A stretch of 64,000 nucleotides of DNA from the human T2T-CHM13v2.0 reference genome, Homo sapiens. Location of the stretch: assembly GCF_009914755.1 (NCBI RefSeq), contig NC_060937.1; one strand, written 5' to 3'. Below are positions 26,181 through 46,829 of the stretch, in pieces. The translations under genes and the position numbers were made by a program. The notes below the pieces were generated by a model. It ran no database searches. It was not told the DNA's origin and was given only the letters and a program-made list of their open reading frames with translations. Every line of letters starts with the position of its first letter. The stretch's first letter is position 1.

Positions 26181-27429
26181 TTTTAAAGCAAGTGGAGAAA
26201 ATGAAGGCTCATGGATGTACTGGTACCACAGCCATTTATTTCAGATTTTCATTCTTATTTCTTAAAAATATTTCCTAAGGATAGAACACTTTTTTCCACT
26301 TATTTGCTCTGAGGTTTTCTAATTAATTCAGCTTCACTTCCCAAGACATGCCCACTTGGACTTTATCATACCTTGCAGGGATTGGGTCTGAAATTCAGAG
26401 TAGCTCAGGTTGTGCTTGTGCCTTGTTAGGCTATAATTATATATTCAACAAATATAGAATATGCAAATTAAAAATATACACTTTTTACAAATGAGAAAAA
26501 ACAATATGAGTGACACAAAGGATAATTTATTGTTTTATGAATTTAGGGAAAAGTCAAGTCTAAATGTCAGAGGCACAGAATTGCAGTCCTAACTTGGAAA
26601 CATATGAAAGCAGAATTGCCAGTGCTTCAAGGACTAAGTGTTAGCGTCAGTAAGTCATCCCCTCCCTTCTTCCCTCTTTTCATTCTTATGCAGAATAATT
26701 CCTTACATATGGCTGAAAACCCAACTGCAAAGAGTTCCCTCACAGCTTATGCTACTACTAGTCCATGTGATTTCAGAGGAAGGACAGTGATTGGCTGAAC
26801 TTAGATAAGCTGTACACTTCCAAAATTAATTGCAGCCAGATGGTTGAGTTTTGCATAAATACACCACTTCCTTCTAGAGCTACGTGAAAGATGGGAAACT
26901 GCAAATTCCCAAGAGTGGAAAATAATGCTAGGCAGGAAATATCATAGAGGCACAAGACAGTAACCAAGGTAGTAGTATATGTCTTATAAGTAAATAGGCC
27001 AGTGAATAACCATGGTGTGTTTTGCAGTTAAAGAGATGTGTGCTAGAATCTCAGTTCTTCTTGTTTACAGATGACTTAAACTTCCCAGAGGTCCTTCTCT
27101 TGTAAATGGGGAAGAGAATAACTTATTTCATGGAATTAACAGAAAGTGGAATGATGGATTTAAACACCTAGCACATTAGTGCCTAATAAATGTCAGTTCT
27201 TTTTTATCTTTTGCTACAATAAATTAGTAACTTATAAGACTGGAATTATGAACTGTTGGCAACTGTAAGGGAGATTTTTCTAACTGTTCAGTTTACTGAC
27301 ATTTGAATCATTTGAAGGAGAGGTGTTGAAATTAAAAAGGATTGCTCAAAGACCTATTGCATGTTTGTGACACAGTGGGAATTAGAATTCAAGCTTACTT
27401 TCAGTGACTAGAATATTATCGATATGACT

Positions 27430-28230
27430 TAATTTTAATGAGTGCCTATTATGTGCCAGGTACTCTCCTATGAATTTGTCACCTGTAAGTGGAAAAAAGA
27501 GTTAAAAAATATCATGCTGTGGGGATTATATTGTAGTGTAGAAGAACAAAGATTAAATATGAACCAAGAAATTAAGTCAATTATATAGTATGGCAGAAAG
27601 TGATAAGGGCTAAGGAAAATATAGTAGGGAAGGAAAACAAGGAGTGAAATAGTTTAGGACAGGGTAAGCCTCAAATAGTCATCAGTGTGGGTGGGCTTCA
27701 TTGAGAAAATGACATTTGAGCAAAAGAGTCAAAGGAGGCCAAGGAATTTTACACGTGTAGAAATCTGGGAAATGGGTATAGCAGTCTAAGGGAACAACAG
27801 CGTAACTGCACTAAGTCGGGAGACTTTCAGGTGTTTTGTAGAGACACCAATGGTGCCAATGTAGCTATAGATGTATTAGTAAGTGTGGGACCATGGAATA
27901 TAAGGTGTGCGATGTAAATGTTTATATGCCATTTCAAGGTATTTAATTTTCTTTCTGAGTGAAATACAGATCCCATTTGGAAGGTTTTATCTGAGAAATT
28001 ACATAATCTAAGATATATTGTTAAAATAATTCTAAGAAATCTGAAAAGAATAGATTATAAGGTAAAAATAATGAAAATAAGGAAACAAGTTACCAGTTAG
28101 GAGACCAGATGAGAGATAATGGTGGATTGCACAAGATGTTTGCAGCAAAGGTAAAGAGTTAATGGCTTTATTTTTTATATACTTTGAAAATAGAAACAAG
28201 TTTTCCCAATGAAAAGTATGAGGCATAAGA
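27430..28230 (-). mobile_element. L2 3' region
   Basis: 'aatgagtgcctattatgtgccaggtact...ggcttcattgagaaaatgacatttgagcaaa'. Confidence 0.8.
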
Positions 28231-28489
28231 AAAATATATCATTAAAATATTTTTTTGTTTTTATTTTCATTTTATAGTTCAAAGATAATAAATGTAATCT
28301 GATGACAGAAGCAAAGAGAGAGGAGCAAGACACGAGAAAATGCTATGCTGCAATATTTAAAGGTAAAAGAGGAGGCCACTAGCTGAAAAATAAAAGTAGT
28401 CTAGTAGGTGGCAAATGATAAAAATGAATGGAGTCTGAAAACATCTCTGGTCAGAAGCTTTGTTTCATTTTGAAGAGTAATTTGCTCAC

Positions 28490-35150
<6,661 letters not shown>

Positions 35151-35169
35151 AGGAAAAAAAGAATAATAT

Positions 35170-36270
35170 GAGTCAACAGTGGCATATCAGAGGTTTTTAC
35201 CTTCAGCAACAAATGGATGGAGTTGCCCTCAATTGAGATGGGAAAGACAGTTTAAAGAAAATGTTTAAGAGGAAATAGGGGTTCTGTTTTGTACTTGTTA
35301 AGTTTGACATGTCTACTCATTATGTGCAGATGGATGGAAAAGCCAAGCAGACAGTTGAGTATAGAATTCTGGAATTTGGGAAAACTAGGGACCTAACTTA
35401 GTATAACAGATGTATTTAAATTCATGAGGCACTGAGTGGGATTCAAAAACCATGAGTGTAGGTAGTAAAAAAGGACAAAGGAGATCCCTGAAGTATGCCA
35501 CTGTAAGAGGTAGAGAAGAGAGAAGAAACTGGTGACGGAGAATGAGAAAGAATGGTCAATAAAATAGGCATAAATATAAGAAAGTATGGAGTTCCAAAAG
35601 CCAAATATCAAGGAGAAAGGAGTGATAATTTTTAAGTAGTACTGATCAGTCACGTAATGGGAGAAATAGAAATTTATCATCAAATTTAGCAACATTCAGG
35701 GCATGACTCACCTTGACAAAAATACTGGTTAGTAAAATGGTGAGGGCAAAACCTGATGGAATGAACAGAGAAAAAGAAAAACTGGAAGGAATCAGGTTAG
35801 ATGGCTCTGACTGGAGTTTTTCTGTAAAAGGGAGTAAAGAGATGGGGTATTATATGACATAAAGAGGACCATTTTTTGTAGGTCGAAGCAAATGATTAAG
35901 TAGAGAGAAAACTTAATGGTTTGGAAGAGAAGAGAGAACCTTTGGAGCTTTAACCATTGATAGGCAAGATGGATAAAATGCTCATGGAATGATATGGCCA
36001 TTAGATGTTTAGAGAAGAATATGTATACTTAATCTACATACCCAGGAGGAATGGGTACCCATACTGAATGGAAGTCCCTACAAAATTGTTTTGCTTTTAT
36101 TTACTATGAGAGAACAATTAAGATTGTCATCCGAGGGTAAGAATAAGAAATTAGGAAAGCAAAGAGAATGAATGAGCCAAGGAAGTATTTGGCCATGGAT
36201 TTAAAATAGTAACATTGCAGGTGTTCTCCAATCATGCTGAGTGCTTAGGTTAAGGTTCAAAGGTAGTAGA
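35170..36270 (-). mobile_element. L2 continuation on the far side of the L1
   Basis: 'ggatggagttgccctcaattgagatgggaaagac...ttctgttttgtacttgttaagtttga'. Confidence 0.75.
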
Positions 36271-36303
36271 GGTTTGGTAACCCAGGGTACAGGAATAAAC
36301 AAG

Positions 36304-37100
36304 TGCATTAGTGCCTGTGGCTGCTGTAACAGATTAGCACAAATTGAGTAGTTTTTAAGACAACATAAATTCATTTTCTCACAGTTCTAGAGGCCAAAGG
36401 CCTGAAACTAAGATATCAGCAGGGCTGAACTCCCTCCAAAGGCTTTAGGGGAGAATCTCTTCTTTGCCTCTTCCAGTACCTGGTAGCTGTCAATAATGAC
36501 TGACTTGCAGCCACATTCCTCCTCTTCTTCTGTCTGGCTGATGTTCATGTCACTCAAATCTCCCTCTGCCATCATATTACCTTCTTGTGTGTCTTTCTAC
36601 TATGTCCCTTTTCTAAGGACACACGTTGTATTGACAGCTCACCTGGATAATCCAGGATGATCTCCTCATCTTGACATTCTTTTCTTTTTTTGGGAGACAG
36701 AGTCTCACTCTCTCTCCCAGGTTGGAGTGCAGTGGCACAATCATGGGTGACTGCAGCCTCGACCTCCTATACTCAAGGGATGCTCCCACCTCAGCCTTCT
36801 GAGTAGCTGAGACTACAGGTTTGTGCCACTAAGCCCAGCTAATGTTTTAAATTGCTTGTAGAGATGGGTTTTCAGTAAGTTGCTCAGCATGTTCTTGAAT
36901 GTCTGGCTTCAAGTGGTCCTTTCACCTTGGCCTCCCCAGGGGCTGGAATTACAGGCATGAGCTACCACATCCAGCCTTCAACATCCTTAACATGATTATA
37001 TCCACAATGACCCTTTTTTTTCCAAGTAAAGTAACATTCACAGCTTTGGAAATTAGAACATGGTCATATCGTTGTCAGAGGGTACCATTCAGCCACTACA
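36304..37100 (-). mobile_element. MLT1C-like MaLR LTR, split by AluJ
   Basis: 'ggctgctgtaacagattagcacaaa...ctcacagttctagaggccaaa' through 'attcagccactaca'. Confidence 0.8.
36679..36976 (-). mobile_element. AluJ (antisense)
   Basis: 'gagacagagtctcactct...actgcagcctcgacctcct..actcaag'. Confidence 0.9.
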
Positions 37101-37134
37101 AGGTGCAAGAAGTTGAGGTTGGAGGCAATAACTC

Positions 37135-39021
37135 TCATTTTACTCACAGTAGAACTTCCTTCAAAATTGGCCAGTCCTCTCAAACTCTGACACTGCTTTA
37201 TCAACTAAGTTTATATAATAGTCTAAATCTTTTGTTTTCATTTCAACAATGTTCACAGCATCTTCACCAGCAGTAGATTCCATCTCAGGAAACCACTTTC
37301 TTTGCTCACCCATAAGAAGCAACTCCTCATCTGTTCAAGTTTTATCATGAGATTGAAGCAAATCAGTCACAACTTCAAGATCCACTTCTAAGTCTGTTGC
37401 TTTTGCTATTTCCACCGCATCTGCAATGGCTTCCTCCCCTGAAGCCTTGAATCCCTCAAAATCATCCATGAGGGTTGGAATCAACTTTTTCCAGACTCCT
37501 GTTAATATTCATATTTTGTCCTCCTCTCATGAATCAAGAATATTCTTAATGGAATGTAGAATGGTGAATCTTTTCCAGAATGTTATCAATGTTCTTTGTT
37601 CACATCGCTCACAGGAATCATTATGGCAGCTACAGCCTTATGAAATGGATTTCTTAAATAATAAGACTTGAATATTGAAGTGACTTAACTCATGGGCTGC
37701 AGAATGTGTGCTGTGTTAGCAGGCATGAAAATAACACGAATCTCCTTGTACATCTCTATCAGAGCTCTTGTATGACAAGTTGCATTGTCAACCTAATATT
37801 TGTAATGGGATCTTTTTTTTTTTTTTTTCTGAGCTGTAGATCTTAACAGCTCTTGAGAGAATCGGTAAACAATGCTACAAACCGATCCCATTCAGGATCT
37901 GTTCTATTTATAGAGCACACAGAGTAGACTTAGCATAATTCTTAAGGGCCCTAGGAATTTCAGAGTAAGCACTGGCTTCAACTTAAATTCATCAGCAGCA
38001 TTAGCCCCAAACAAGAGAGTCAGCTTGTCCTTTGAAGCACTGAAGCCAGACATTTACTGCTCCTCTACAGTTGTAAGAGTCCTAGATGAAATCTTCTTCC
38101 AATATAAGGCTATTCTGTCTGCATTGAAAAAATCCGTTGTTTATTGTAGCCACTTTCATCGCTTGCTGCTTCACCTTGCAATTTTTTGTTCTGGGGATGG
38201 CTTCTGTCCTTAACCCTTATGAATTAACTTCTGCTAGCTTCAGGCTTTTCTTCTTCAGCTTCATCGCCTCTCTCAGCCTTCAGAGAATTGAAGAGAATTA
38301 GGACCTTGCTCTAGATTAGGCTTTGGTTTAGGAGAATGTTATTGTTGATCTTCTATCCAGATCACTCAAACTTTCTCCATATCAGCAATAAGGCTGTTTC
38401 ATATTCTCACCATTAGTAAGTTTGCTGGAGTAGCACTTTTATCTCCTCCAGGAACTTATTCTTCACATTCACAACTCTGCTAACTAGTGCAAGAGGTCTG
38501 GCTTTCAGCCTATTTTGGATTTCAATGTACTTTACTCACTAAGTTTAATCATTTCTGCCTTTTGATTTAAAAAAAGAGACGTGATTCTTTCTTTCATTTG
38601 AACACTTAGAAGACCATTGTAGGGTTGTTAATTGGCTTGATTTCAATATTGTTGTGTCTCAGAGAATAAGGAAGCCTGAAGAGAGGGAGAAAGATGAGAG
38701 AACATTTAGAACAATCAGAACATAGACATTTATCGATTAACTTCACCATCTTATATGGGTACAGTGTGTGGTGCCCCACAAAAATTACAATAGTAACGTC
38801 AAAGATCACTAACTACAGATCACCATAATGGATATAACAATAATGACAAAGTTTGAAATATAGTGAGAATTACCAAAATGTGACAGAGACAGGAAGTGAG
38901 CACACGCTGTTGAAAAAATGGTGCCAATTGATTTGCTTGAGGCAGGATTGCCACAAACCTTCAATTTGTAAAAATCACTATCTTAAGTGCCAAAAAGCAA
39001 AGCACAGTTGAAGTATTCCTG
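37135..39021 (-). mobile_element. Tigger1 DNA transposon, partial
   Basis: 'cacagtagaacttccttcaaaattgg...ccataagaagcaactcctcat'; terminus 'gccacaaaccttcaatttgtaaaaa...aagtattcctg' followed by TA. Confidence 0.9.
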
Positions 39022-39407
39022 TACATGTTAAAGAAAGATAAATGAGAAAATACGATAACATGAATTAAATGAAAACTTCCTAACATAAGATAGTAACTTT
39101 TTTTCCTATACCCATTCATTTCGGCCATCATGAAACCTCCATTTTCCTTAATTGTTACCGCAGCTAAGAATCTTTGCAGTGTGCCCATAGGCAACCGATT
39201 GCTTCAGCCTGTCGAAGCTTGGAATCATGGGTTAGATTAGGTCTGTGCCTTGAAATACAAATGTAGCCATCCCCACCTGCCTCTCCATGGCTTCTATCAA
39301 TGGCCCTGTCTTTTAGACAGGTGATAATCATTGTCTTATTTAGGTGATGCCTCAGGAGACCGTTTTCCCAGGTCCTATGTTTTTCCCACCCCCCCCACCC
39401 CCCACTC

Positions 39408-39770
39408 TGTGTTAGTCTGGTCTCATGCTGCTAATAAAGACATACCCAAGACTGTGTAATTTGTAAAGAAAAAGAGTTTTAATGGACTCACTGTCCCACA
39501 TGGCTGGGAAGGCCTCACAATCATGGCAGAAGGTGAAAGGCACATCTTACATGGCAGCAGGCAAGAGAAAATGAGAGCCCAGGAAAAGGGGAAGCCTATT
39601 ATAAAACCATCATATCTCATGAGACTTGTTCACTACCACGAGAACAGTATGGGGGAAACCACCCCCATGATTCAATTACCTCCTACCAGGGTCTCTCCCA
39701 CAACACACAGGAATTAGAGGAGCTACAGTTCAAGATGAGATTTGAGTGGGGACAAAGCCAAACCATATCA
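39408..39770 (-). mobile_element. THE1 (B/C-like) solo LTR
   Basis: 'catgctgctaataaagacatacccaagactg...gccaaaccatatca'. Confidence 0.92.
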
Positions 39771-40148
39771 CCTTCTACAGCCCCAACAGAAAACTCTACT
39801 GGAGTCTTTGTGGTCTTTACGAACTGCATGAAGACCTCTTTAACAATACAACTTTTCTCTCATTCCTGTCCCCTTTACTTCTTCCCCAACTCTTTTCTCC
39901 CTAAGAGGTTGAGGTCAGATGCACTGTGTCAACATTCTAAGAAAGAGCTTTCACTTCTGGTTAGTGTAATGGAATATATGAAATGAGTCTAAAATTCATT
40001 ATCTTGTTTCAATTCTTCACTTAATCCAAGTGTGCATTTATTTAGCAAACAAGCATTTATGGAGCACTCACTCACAAGGTGCTTGCTCTAGGAATATGAA
40101 CATCGAGAAAACATTGTTCTGTTCTCACCTTACTTATTCGGTCTAGTG

Positions 40149-40349
40149 CAGGAGTCAGCAAACCAACCCATGAGCAAAGCCCAGCTCACAGCCTGTGTTT
40201 GTACAGCCCTCCAGCTAAAAAGTGTCTTCTGTATTTTTACCAGGTTGTAAAGAAGAAAAAGTAAAATATGCAACAGATACTATATATGGCTCACAAAGAA
40301 TATGGTATTTACAGTCTGAACCTTTATGGAAAAACTTTGCTCACCCATA
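40149..40349. mobile_element. MER58-family hAT MITE
   Basis: TIR-like ends 'caggagtcagcaaac'/'tttgctcacccata'; perfect 8-bp TSD GTCTAGTG (40141-40148, 40350-40357). Confidence 0.85.
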
Positions 40350-40408
40350 GTCTAGTGGAAAAATATGTAGATATAATAAAATCAACCTGGAACATTGTTG
40401 GAATTTGT

Positions 40409-40977
40409 TGTGGACTGAGCGCTGCTTTTGCCTGGCCAGCATAAATCTCTCTTCTTCTAATAAGGGATTTTCTTTTAGCAACAAACCCCACCCTGATTTT
40501 AGACTATGAGGTATGGGGGTCCTGACTCCACCACCTTTAGTTTAGGGCTGAGGGCTTAAGCCCAGTTGCTCCTGCTGTTCAATTCCCTGGTCACAGAAAT
40601 TTGTTCAGAGAAGGGCTGACTGCCCGAGTTAGTCCAGTAAGATCTCATCCTGGGATTTTTGCTAAAATCACTGGGAATGGAAAACTCCATTTCTCCTGAA
40701 ACTATATGCTGAATGATCATGAAAAACAGCTGTTCAGGGTCACAGTTTCTAAGAGGATCTGTCTGAGAGACAGGCTAATTCTGAGGGAAGCAGAGACAGA
40801 ATGAAAAATAGAAGTGTTGAAGATATTCTTTGAGTCTTTAATCCAGTTGTACCTGGAGTTAAATCTCTTTTCTGGATTTACTTATTTTGTTTCATGAGGT
40901 AACAAAATTACTTTTTGTTTCAGCTAGTTTAAATTAAATTTCTGTTACTGTAACATAGCGGACTCCAGCCAATAACA
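40409..40977 (+). mobile_element. Old ERVL-MaLR LTR (MLT1K/L-like)
   Basis: 'tgtggactg..gcttttgcctggccagcat' start; 'ttcagctagtttaaattaaatttctgttac...aataaca' end. Confidence 0.6.
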
Positions 40978-41896
40978 AATTAAATGGGATAATGAACGTT
41001 AAATAACTGGTACATAAAGGTGCTTAAGAAACTCTCATCTTTCCTAAAATCATAATATGGTATGCTAAAAATTATAAAATATTTACGTTTAGAATGTATG
41101 TTAAAGGTAATCAGATCCAACTCCCTTTGTTTTACTGAAGTGGAAATTTTAAGGCCTAGAAAATTTAGAATAAATTTAAAAATTAACTTCAAAAAGAAAA
41201 TATTACTATGCTGTGTGCTAATCACAAATTGAAGTGTATTTAATTTGGTATAGTAACAATTATGGGCAGTGTGTCATACATCATTGGCTGTTAGAAAAGA
41301 CTATCATTTAACTGGGTTTGAAAGGAGTGTGTTTTCTTAGTTAAAAGAGGTGGAGTCGGGGAGTGAGTCCTAGAGAAAGGGAAGGTAGTCCACACAGGGA
41401 GTGAACTATGTAAAGGTCTGAATATGAAAGAGAACATATAACTGTGAGAACTGCAAGAGTTAAATACAGGTGAAGATTTAGTAGTGGGGAATGACTAGAA
41501 AGGATGAAGTAGCTGGAGTTAACCCTGGGTCAGATCATGACTTTCCTTGTAGTCCCTATAAAAGAATGTGGACTATGAGAAGTTGCAGGATTTAAATTAA
41601 TGTTTTCGAAAGGAAACACAATGCGCCTGCTACTCTATTCATCCAAGAGAACAATGTGAGGGTCTAAGGTAAGACTGATCTGGGAGTAGGAGGGCTGGAA
41701 AAGGGTAGGAGTTGAGATGAAGATATTTTAGCAAGTGGGGGGCATTTAGGAGGTAAACAGGCAAGATTTGGTGACTAATTCCATGGGAGAAGTCAACTAG
41801 ATGGAGGAGTTGCAGAATTAGTTTAGGACTGTTCTGTATAATGAATGCTAGTTCTATCCTCTGATAACAAAAAATAAGGAGAAGCCTGAATCCTGG

Positions 41897-42001
41897 GTGT
41901 GTGTGTGTTTGTGTGTGCATGTGTGTGAGACAGAGAGAGAGAACGAGAGAGCGAGAGAGCGAGAGAGCAAGAGAGTAAGTGTGAGTGCGAGCGTGGAGAG
42001 A
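41897..42001. repeat. Compound (GT)n/(GA)n microsatellite within L2 relic
   Basis: Visible imperfect GT run followed by GA/GAGC runs. Confidence 0.9.
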
Positions 42002-43454
42002 GTGCTGGGGTTGTAGGAGAAACATGAAGAGTTCCACTTTTGGCATTTTGAGTTTGAATTGCTCACAGTCATTATATGATTGTCAACCATTAAAGAGTAA
42101 GTTCTGGAGTTTGCAATAATCATCCTGTAGACAGGAAGTAAAATGTGATGGAATGAAATTAGGTAAGGATAAAGAGTTGCATCTGCTGGTTTAAACCAGG
42201 TCTTTCTCTTTATCAATTACACATAATGAGCAAACTATTTTAAATATATAATATAGCAATACATTTTGAAGAAGTCATCAATATAGTTTATCTCTACATA
42301 CCTCAATACTCTTGTGAATTCTGAAACTTCTGTAAAGGACTCAAGATATTACAACAATTTTTCACAGGGATTTGAAATCCTATAAACTCTACAGCAATGT
42401 TATCATCCTCTTATTGAGGAAAGAGGAAATGTTATGGTATTATGGCCATAGTCCTGGATGAGAAATCAGTAGAAATCTGCTCTGGTCCTGCTTCTAAATG
42501 ATTGTGCTACTTTGAGAAAGTCATCTAACATCAGTGGAACCCCTCTTCTCACTTACAGAAGAAGAAAGCTAAAGTAAATATTTGGTAGGTCTTTTCTCTG
42601 CTCAAATATCCCAAAAGTCTAAGTATTTATGGATCTATATTTGCCTTTCCTTAATTTCAACCTAGTGACACTCCTGACATTGACATATGATAAGCAGATC
42701 TGATCATCTCAGAGTTTGTGCTTTTCCAAGCATATTAGTGATATGCAGAAATTATTAACAATTTTAGACCAGGAAGAAATCAAGCAGCAATTTGTGTTCA
42801 TTAGTCACTTTAATAGATAGTACTGAACTGTGTTCCTTATCTTCTCAGCTGGACAATTCAGAGTAGGCGTGGCCAGAATGATCACAGTCCCTATTTACTC
42901 CAGGCATCTCTGTTACCAATGGCTCAACACAAAGTGTTTGTTTTTACAATTGTCAGCTTAGTGAGCCTGCCTTGACATTTAATGTTATGTAAGTTCATTG
43001 TTGAACTTGCATGCCATTGTTATAAATTATTCTGAATATTGAAAGTAACATTTATTTGTGCTTTTATCAGTTAGATTTTTCAATTTAGCCAAAACATTTA
43101 ACATTCAACTATAAAAAATTTTTCCAATAGTTAGATAATTGGGGATTCAGAGCATATTAATTTAAACCAAAGTAATTTAATTATAGAATGTATTTTAATC
43201 ATGAAAAACTGACAACATAATGGATAGAAATTGTTTAAGGGAATGAACACATTATCAGATAAAGAATGATTGACTTTTCAGAAGTCACAGAACCTGAAAA
43301 ATATAAAACATTATAGACAAAATGTGTCATTCAATTTTGAAAATAATAGACAAGTATATTCAGTTTGAATATTTTACTCAAATATGTCTAATCTTCCCCT
43401 TAGTAAAATAAAATAACAAATTTTAAGAAAAATATAACTGTAAACTCTCAAAAG

Positions 43455-43705
43455 ACAGCCAAATATGAGTAATAGTTTTCCTATATAAATCACAGAGTGC
43501 CTATTTGTCTCCACGCCTTGACAGTAGTACTACAGCCTTAGTAAATAAAGGCCACATAGTGGATGTAATAGGTATTGATTTCAGCAAGGCAAATGATGTA
43601 GTGCTTAATAAAATCTTATTCCCAAAATAATTTAAATTGACTTAGCTATGAGAGCAATCACATGTGTTGAGAACTGGCTGAAGGACAGGAAAAAGGGTGG
43701 TGGGA
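43455..43705 (+). mobile_element. CR1/L3 LINE reverse-transcriptase relic
   Basis: From 43538 reads LVNKGHIVDVIGIDFSKANDVVLNKIL, then after a frameshift ITCVENWLKDRK; resembles CR1 LVDxGxxVDVxYLDFSKAFDxV...WIENWLxxR. Confidence 0.8.
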
Positions 43706-45589
43706 AAGGCCTACTTGCCAGGTCAAGAGGGTTAGTGTGAACTATAGTTCAGAAGGTTCACTGTTAGCCCCTGGAAGGAAACAGAAGGGAATGGAGGAAT
43801 ACATTTTGGAAAACCTTCCAAGAGTAAAGTGAATATTTGCTTCACTAGTATATTCTTGATCTTACTGGAATTAATGAAAAAAAAATACAGCACTCTAATC
43901 TGATTCATATTTATTTTTTTCTGCTAACATTCATAATATCCCTTTGACTATGTTATAATTCATACTGGGGAGGGAACTGGCATAAAAGGATTTTTCATTC
44001 ATGTTTCCAAGGTCTTTAGAACATTGTATCTCCCTTTTGGCATTTATCACAATCTGACTTGTATTATTGTTGACTTATCTATGTTTCCCTTCTATTTGCA
44101 GAAGGCACTAATTAATTACTCCTTAAATATATTATAACCACATTCTGTCATTTGTAGATTTTCTTGAACTTACAGGAGTTTTTAAAAAAACTCCTGAATT
44201 ATAATCATAAGCATGTTTTTAGGTGTAAAATGTTTTATGCAGCATGTTAACTTATCACATAAGCATGCAATATAAAACTCAATTTAAAAATGAAATAAGG
44301 TAATTCTTTCATTAAAAAATCCTTTAACCCAAATATGTATTCTTTTTGATACAAGAAAAAAACTTGAAATAATTTTCAATAACACATGTTTTATAATAAC
44401 ATTTAGAAAATTGAGATATAATTAATAGATTGAAGATTTAAACGTTTATATGGAGTAGGAGAACTCAGTGCTAAGTCAGTATAGAGTAATTTTTTGGAAT
44501 GAGTGGCAAATTATTTATGATGCTAATTCTATTATTTCCTGAAATAATTTTTACAGAAAAGATTCATAGCTCTTTTAAACCCATATATTTTTATTTTATT
44601 CAAATATATCAGCATTATTATTCTCTCACTTTAATAAAGAAAACTGGGACACAATCAAGATGAAGTAAACTCATAAGCTATTGAGATGGATGGTAAATTA
44701 ATGTGTGGAATTCATGTATGACAATCTGCTATTTTCTGATATTATCAGGAAAAGCAATCTTTCAAAATGAGTATGTATTTTCATCAAAGGCCACTTCTTT
44801 AATTAAAGTGTAGTTTATCTTTAAATATTTTAGTTTTGCCTTTTGTCCTGATAGCTCAATATAAATTACTATAAATTATTGCAACACTTACTTTCAATCA
44901 ACAAAAAAAATTATTTCTGTTTACTTTGGTCCTTTGAAGATACGCTTGTTTTAATTTACAATGTTTTATTCCCTGCAAAACTCTAGGTGATCTTCAAAGT
45001 GATCAGAACTATTATTACAGCATAAAACATAAAAGAAAATGCTGTTGTCTTAGAAACAGGTTTTCCTCTGTTATCTTCCTGTAGAGGCACACAGGCTGCC
45101 AGTCACATACAGCATTAGCACGGGCTTGGGAGAGCACTTTATAAGCCATGAGAACATTCTATTCTTTTCATTTATATCATCATGTTTTCTATCTCAGAAG
45201 ATGAATACAATTTTTTAAGAAGCCGTGAGATAAAATGTGAAACCATTAATTTTCTTTTAGCCTTTCATCAACCATGTATTCCCATGCATGAGATGCAGCA
45301 TCAGAGACTGTAGGCTCCAAAGGACACACTTGAGAAGATTTCTGAATAATGCAATGATATTAGGAGATCATGATTGAAACCCTTATCACTAGCGAACCTT
45401 CAACAACATTTAATGAAAATTACTGAAGATGCAACAACCATTCAGAGAATGATAATTGAAGGCACTAGACATATTTCAGCCATGATATGTTTAAAAAAAA
45501 ATAATGTCAAGAAAAGTAGGTCAGAGATCATAGGAAACAAATGTCCTTTTTTTTGGAAGAAATTTCCACATTGAAATGATCTATAATGT

Positions 45590-45980
45590 GTTAGATACTT
45601 GTTATTTGGACACATATTAACTGAGTACCTCCCACTTGCTAGATGCAGTTCTAGACACCAGTAAACCAGCATTTAAAAAAAACACAAAAAATAAAACAAC
45701 AAAAAAATCCTCTGCCCTCATGAGATTTGCACTTTTGTGGAAAGAGAGCCAGTTACTCAATAAACAAAATAAGTGGGTTGTCATCTAGTGTTGAGATATG
45801 GGAAGGATAAAGCAGCAGGGAAGGTGCTAAATCCAAGAAGTAAGATAGGATCGGGGTGTATGTTTTGGGGATAGAGATAGAACTGACATTTTAAATAGGA
45901 TGGTTTGGGAAAGCCTCCCTGATAAGTAACATGTTCGGAGAGAACTGAGGATGATGGGAAATAATTATGCATAGAAGATA
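45590..45980 (-). mobile_element. L2 fragment
   Basis: 'catattaactgagtacctccc...cctctgccctcatgagatttgcac...ggaaagcctccctgataagtaacat'. Confidence 0.75.
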
Positions 45981-46829
45981 CTGTTTTTATTCATATGGAA
46001 ACATAACTGATCTTTCTTGAAATATTCACAATTGAAAGAAAACTCGGATTTCACTTCATTTTCATTATGATTTTTTAATAGAATCATAGTATTTATACTG
46101 TTACATACTGGGTAGACTCAAAAGGCACAGCATTTCAGTGTACACATAGAGAATTGATTAAATACATCAAAAGATAACATTTTGCAAGGTCAAAGGCTTA
46201 TTGCCTGATACATAAACACATTGAAATATAAATATGTTGAATTCCATTTTGCAGCATAGAAAGGTATGTGCATATGCATAGGTGATGCTTTGCAGTTCTT
46301 TTATTTCATATTACTTTCTTAGATACTGAAGATGGGAAAATATATTTGGAGTTGTAGTTGAATTTCTTGTGTTCAATAAATACACAGAAGGGCATTAGCA
46401 AACAAACAAACAAAGAAAGCATGAGGATACTGTTTTTGAGTCCTGGCCTTGTCTTTAATCATTTCAATGGATATTGGTTTCACTGGCCCTTACATTAATC
46501 ATTTCTTAGCAAAAAGAAATGAGCAATACTAGTGGCGCTATTTTGTAAATAAGAATGAGGATGATAGGAAGGTTAAAAGATTTGCCTTGGGCAATTCTAA
46601 CTATAAGTCTCTGGTAAAGCCCTTAGAAGAAGCTATTTGTCTTAAATGACAGTTCTGAGTTTTAACCACTAGAGTTCAGAGTAAACTAAGCTGGAAAGAG
46701 TATAGAGTACATTTGTACTAGAAAGATAACAGGACTGAGAATCAAGAGATTTCAATTCTACTAGCATTTGCACCACTAACTATTTCTGTGACTTTTAGAA
46801 TTTGTATTTTTAAAGTTGGAAACCCATTT

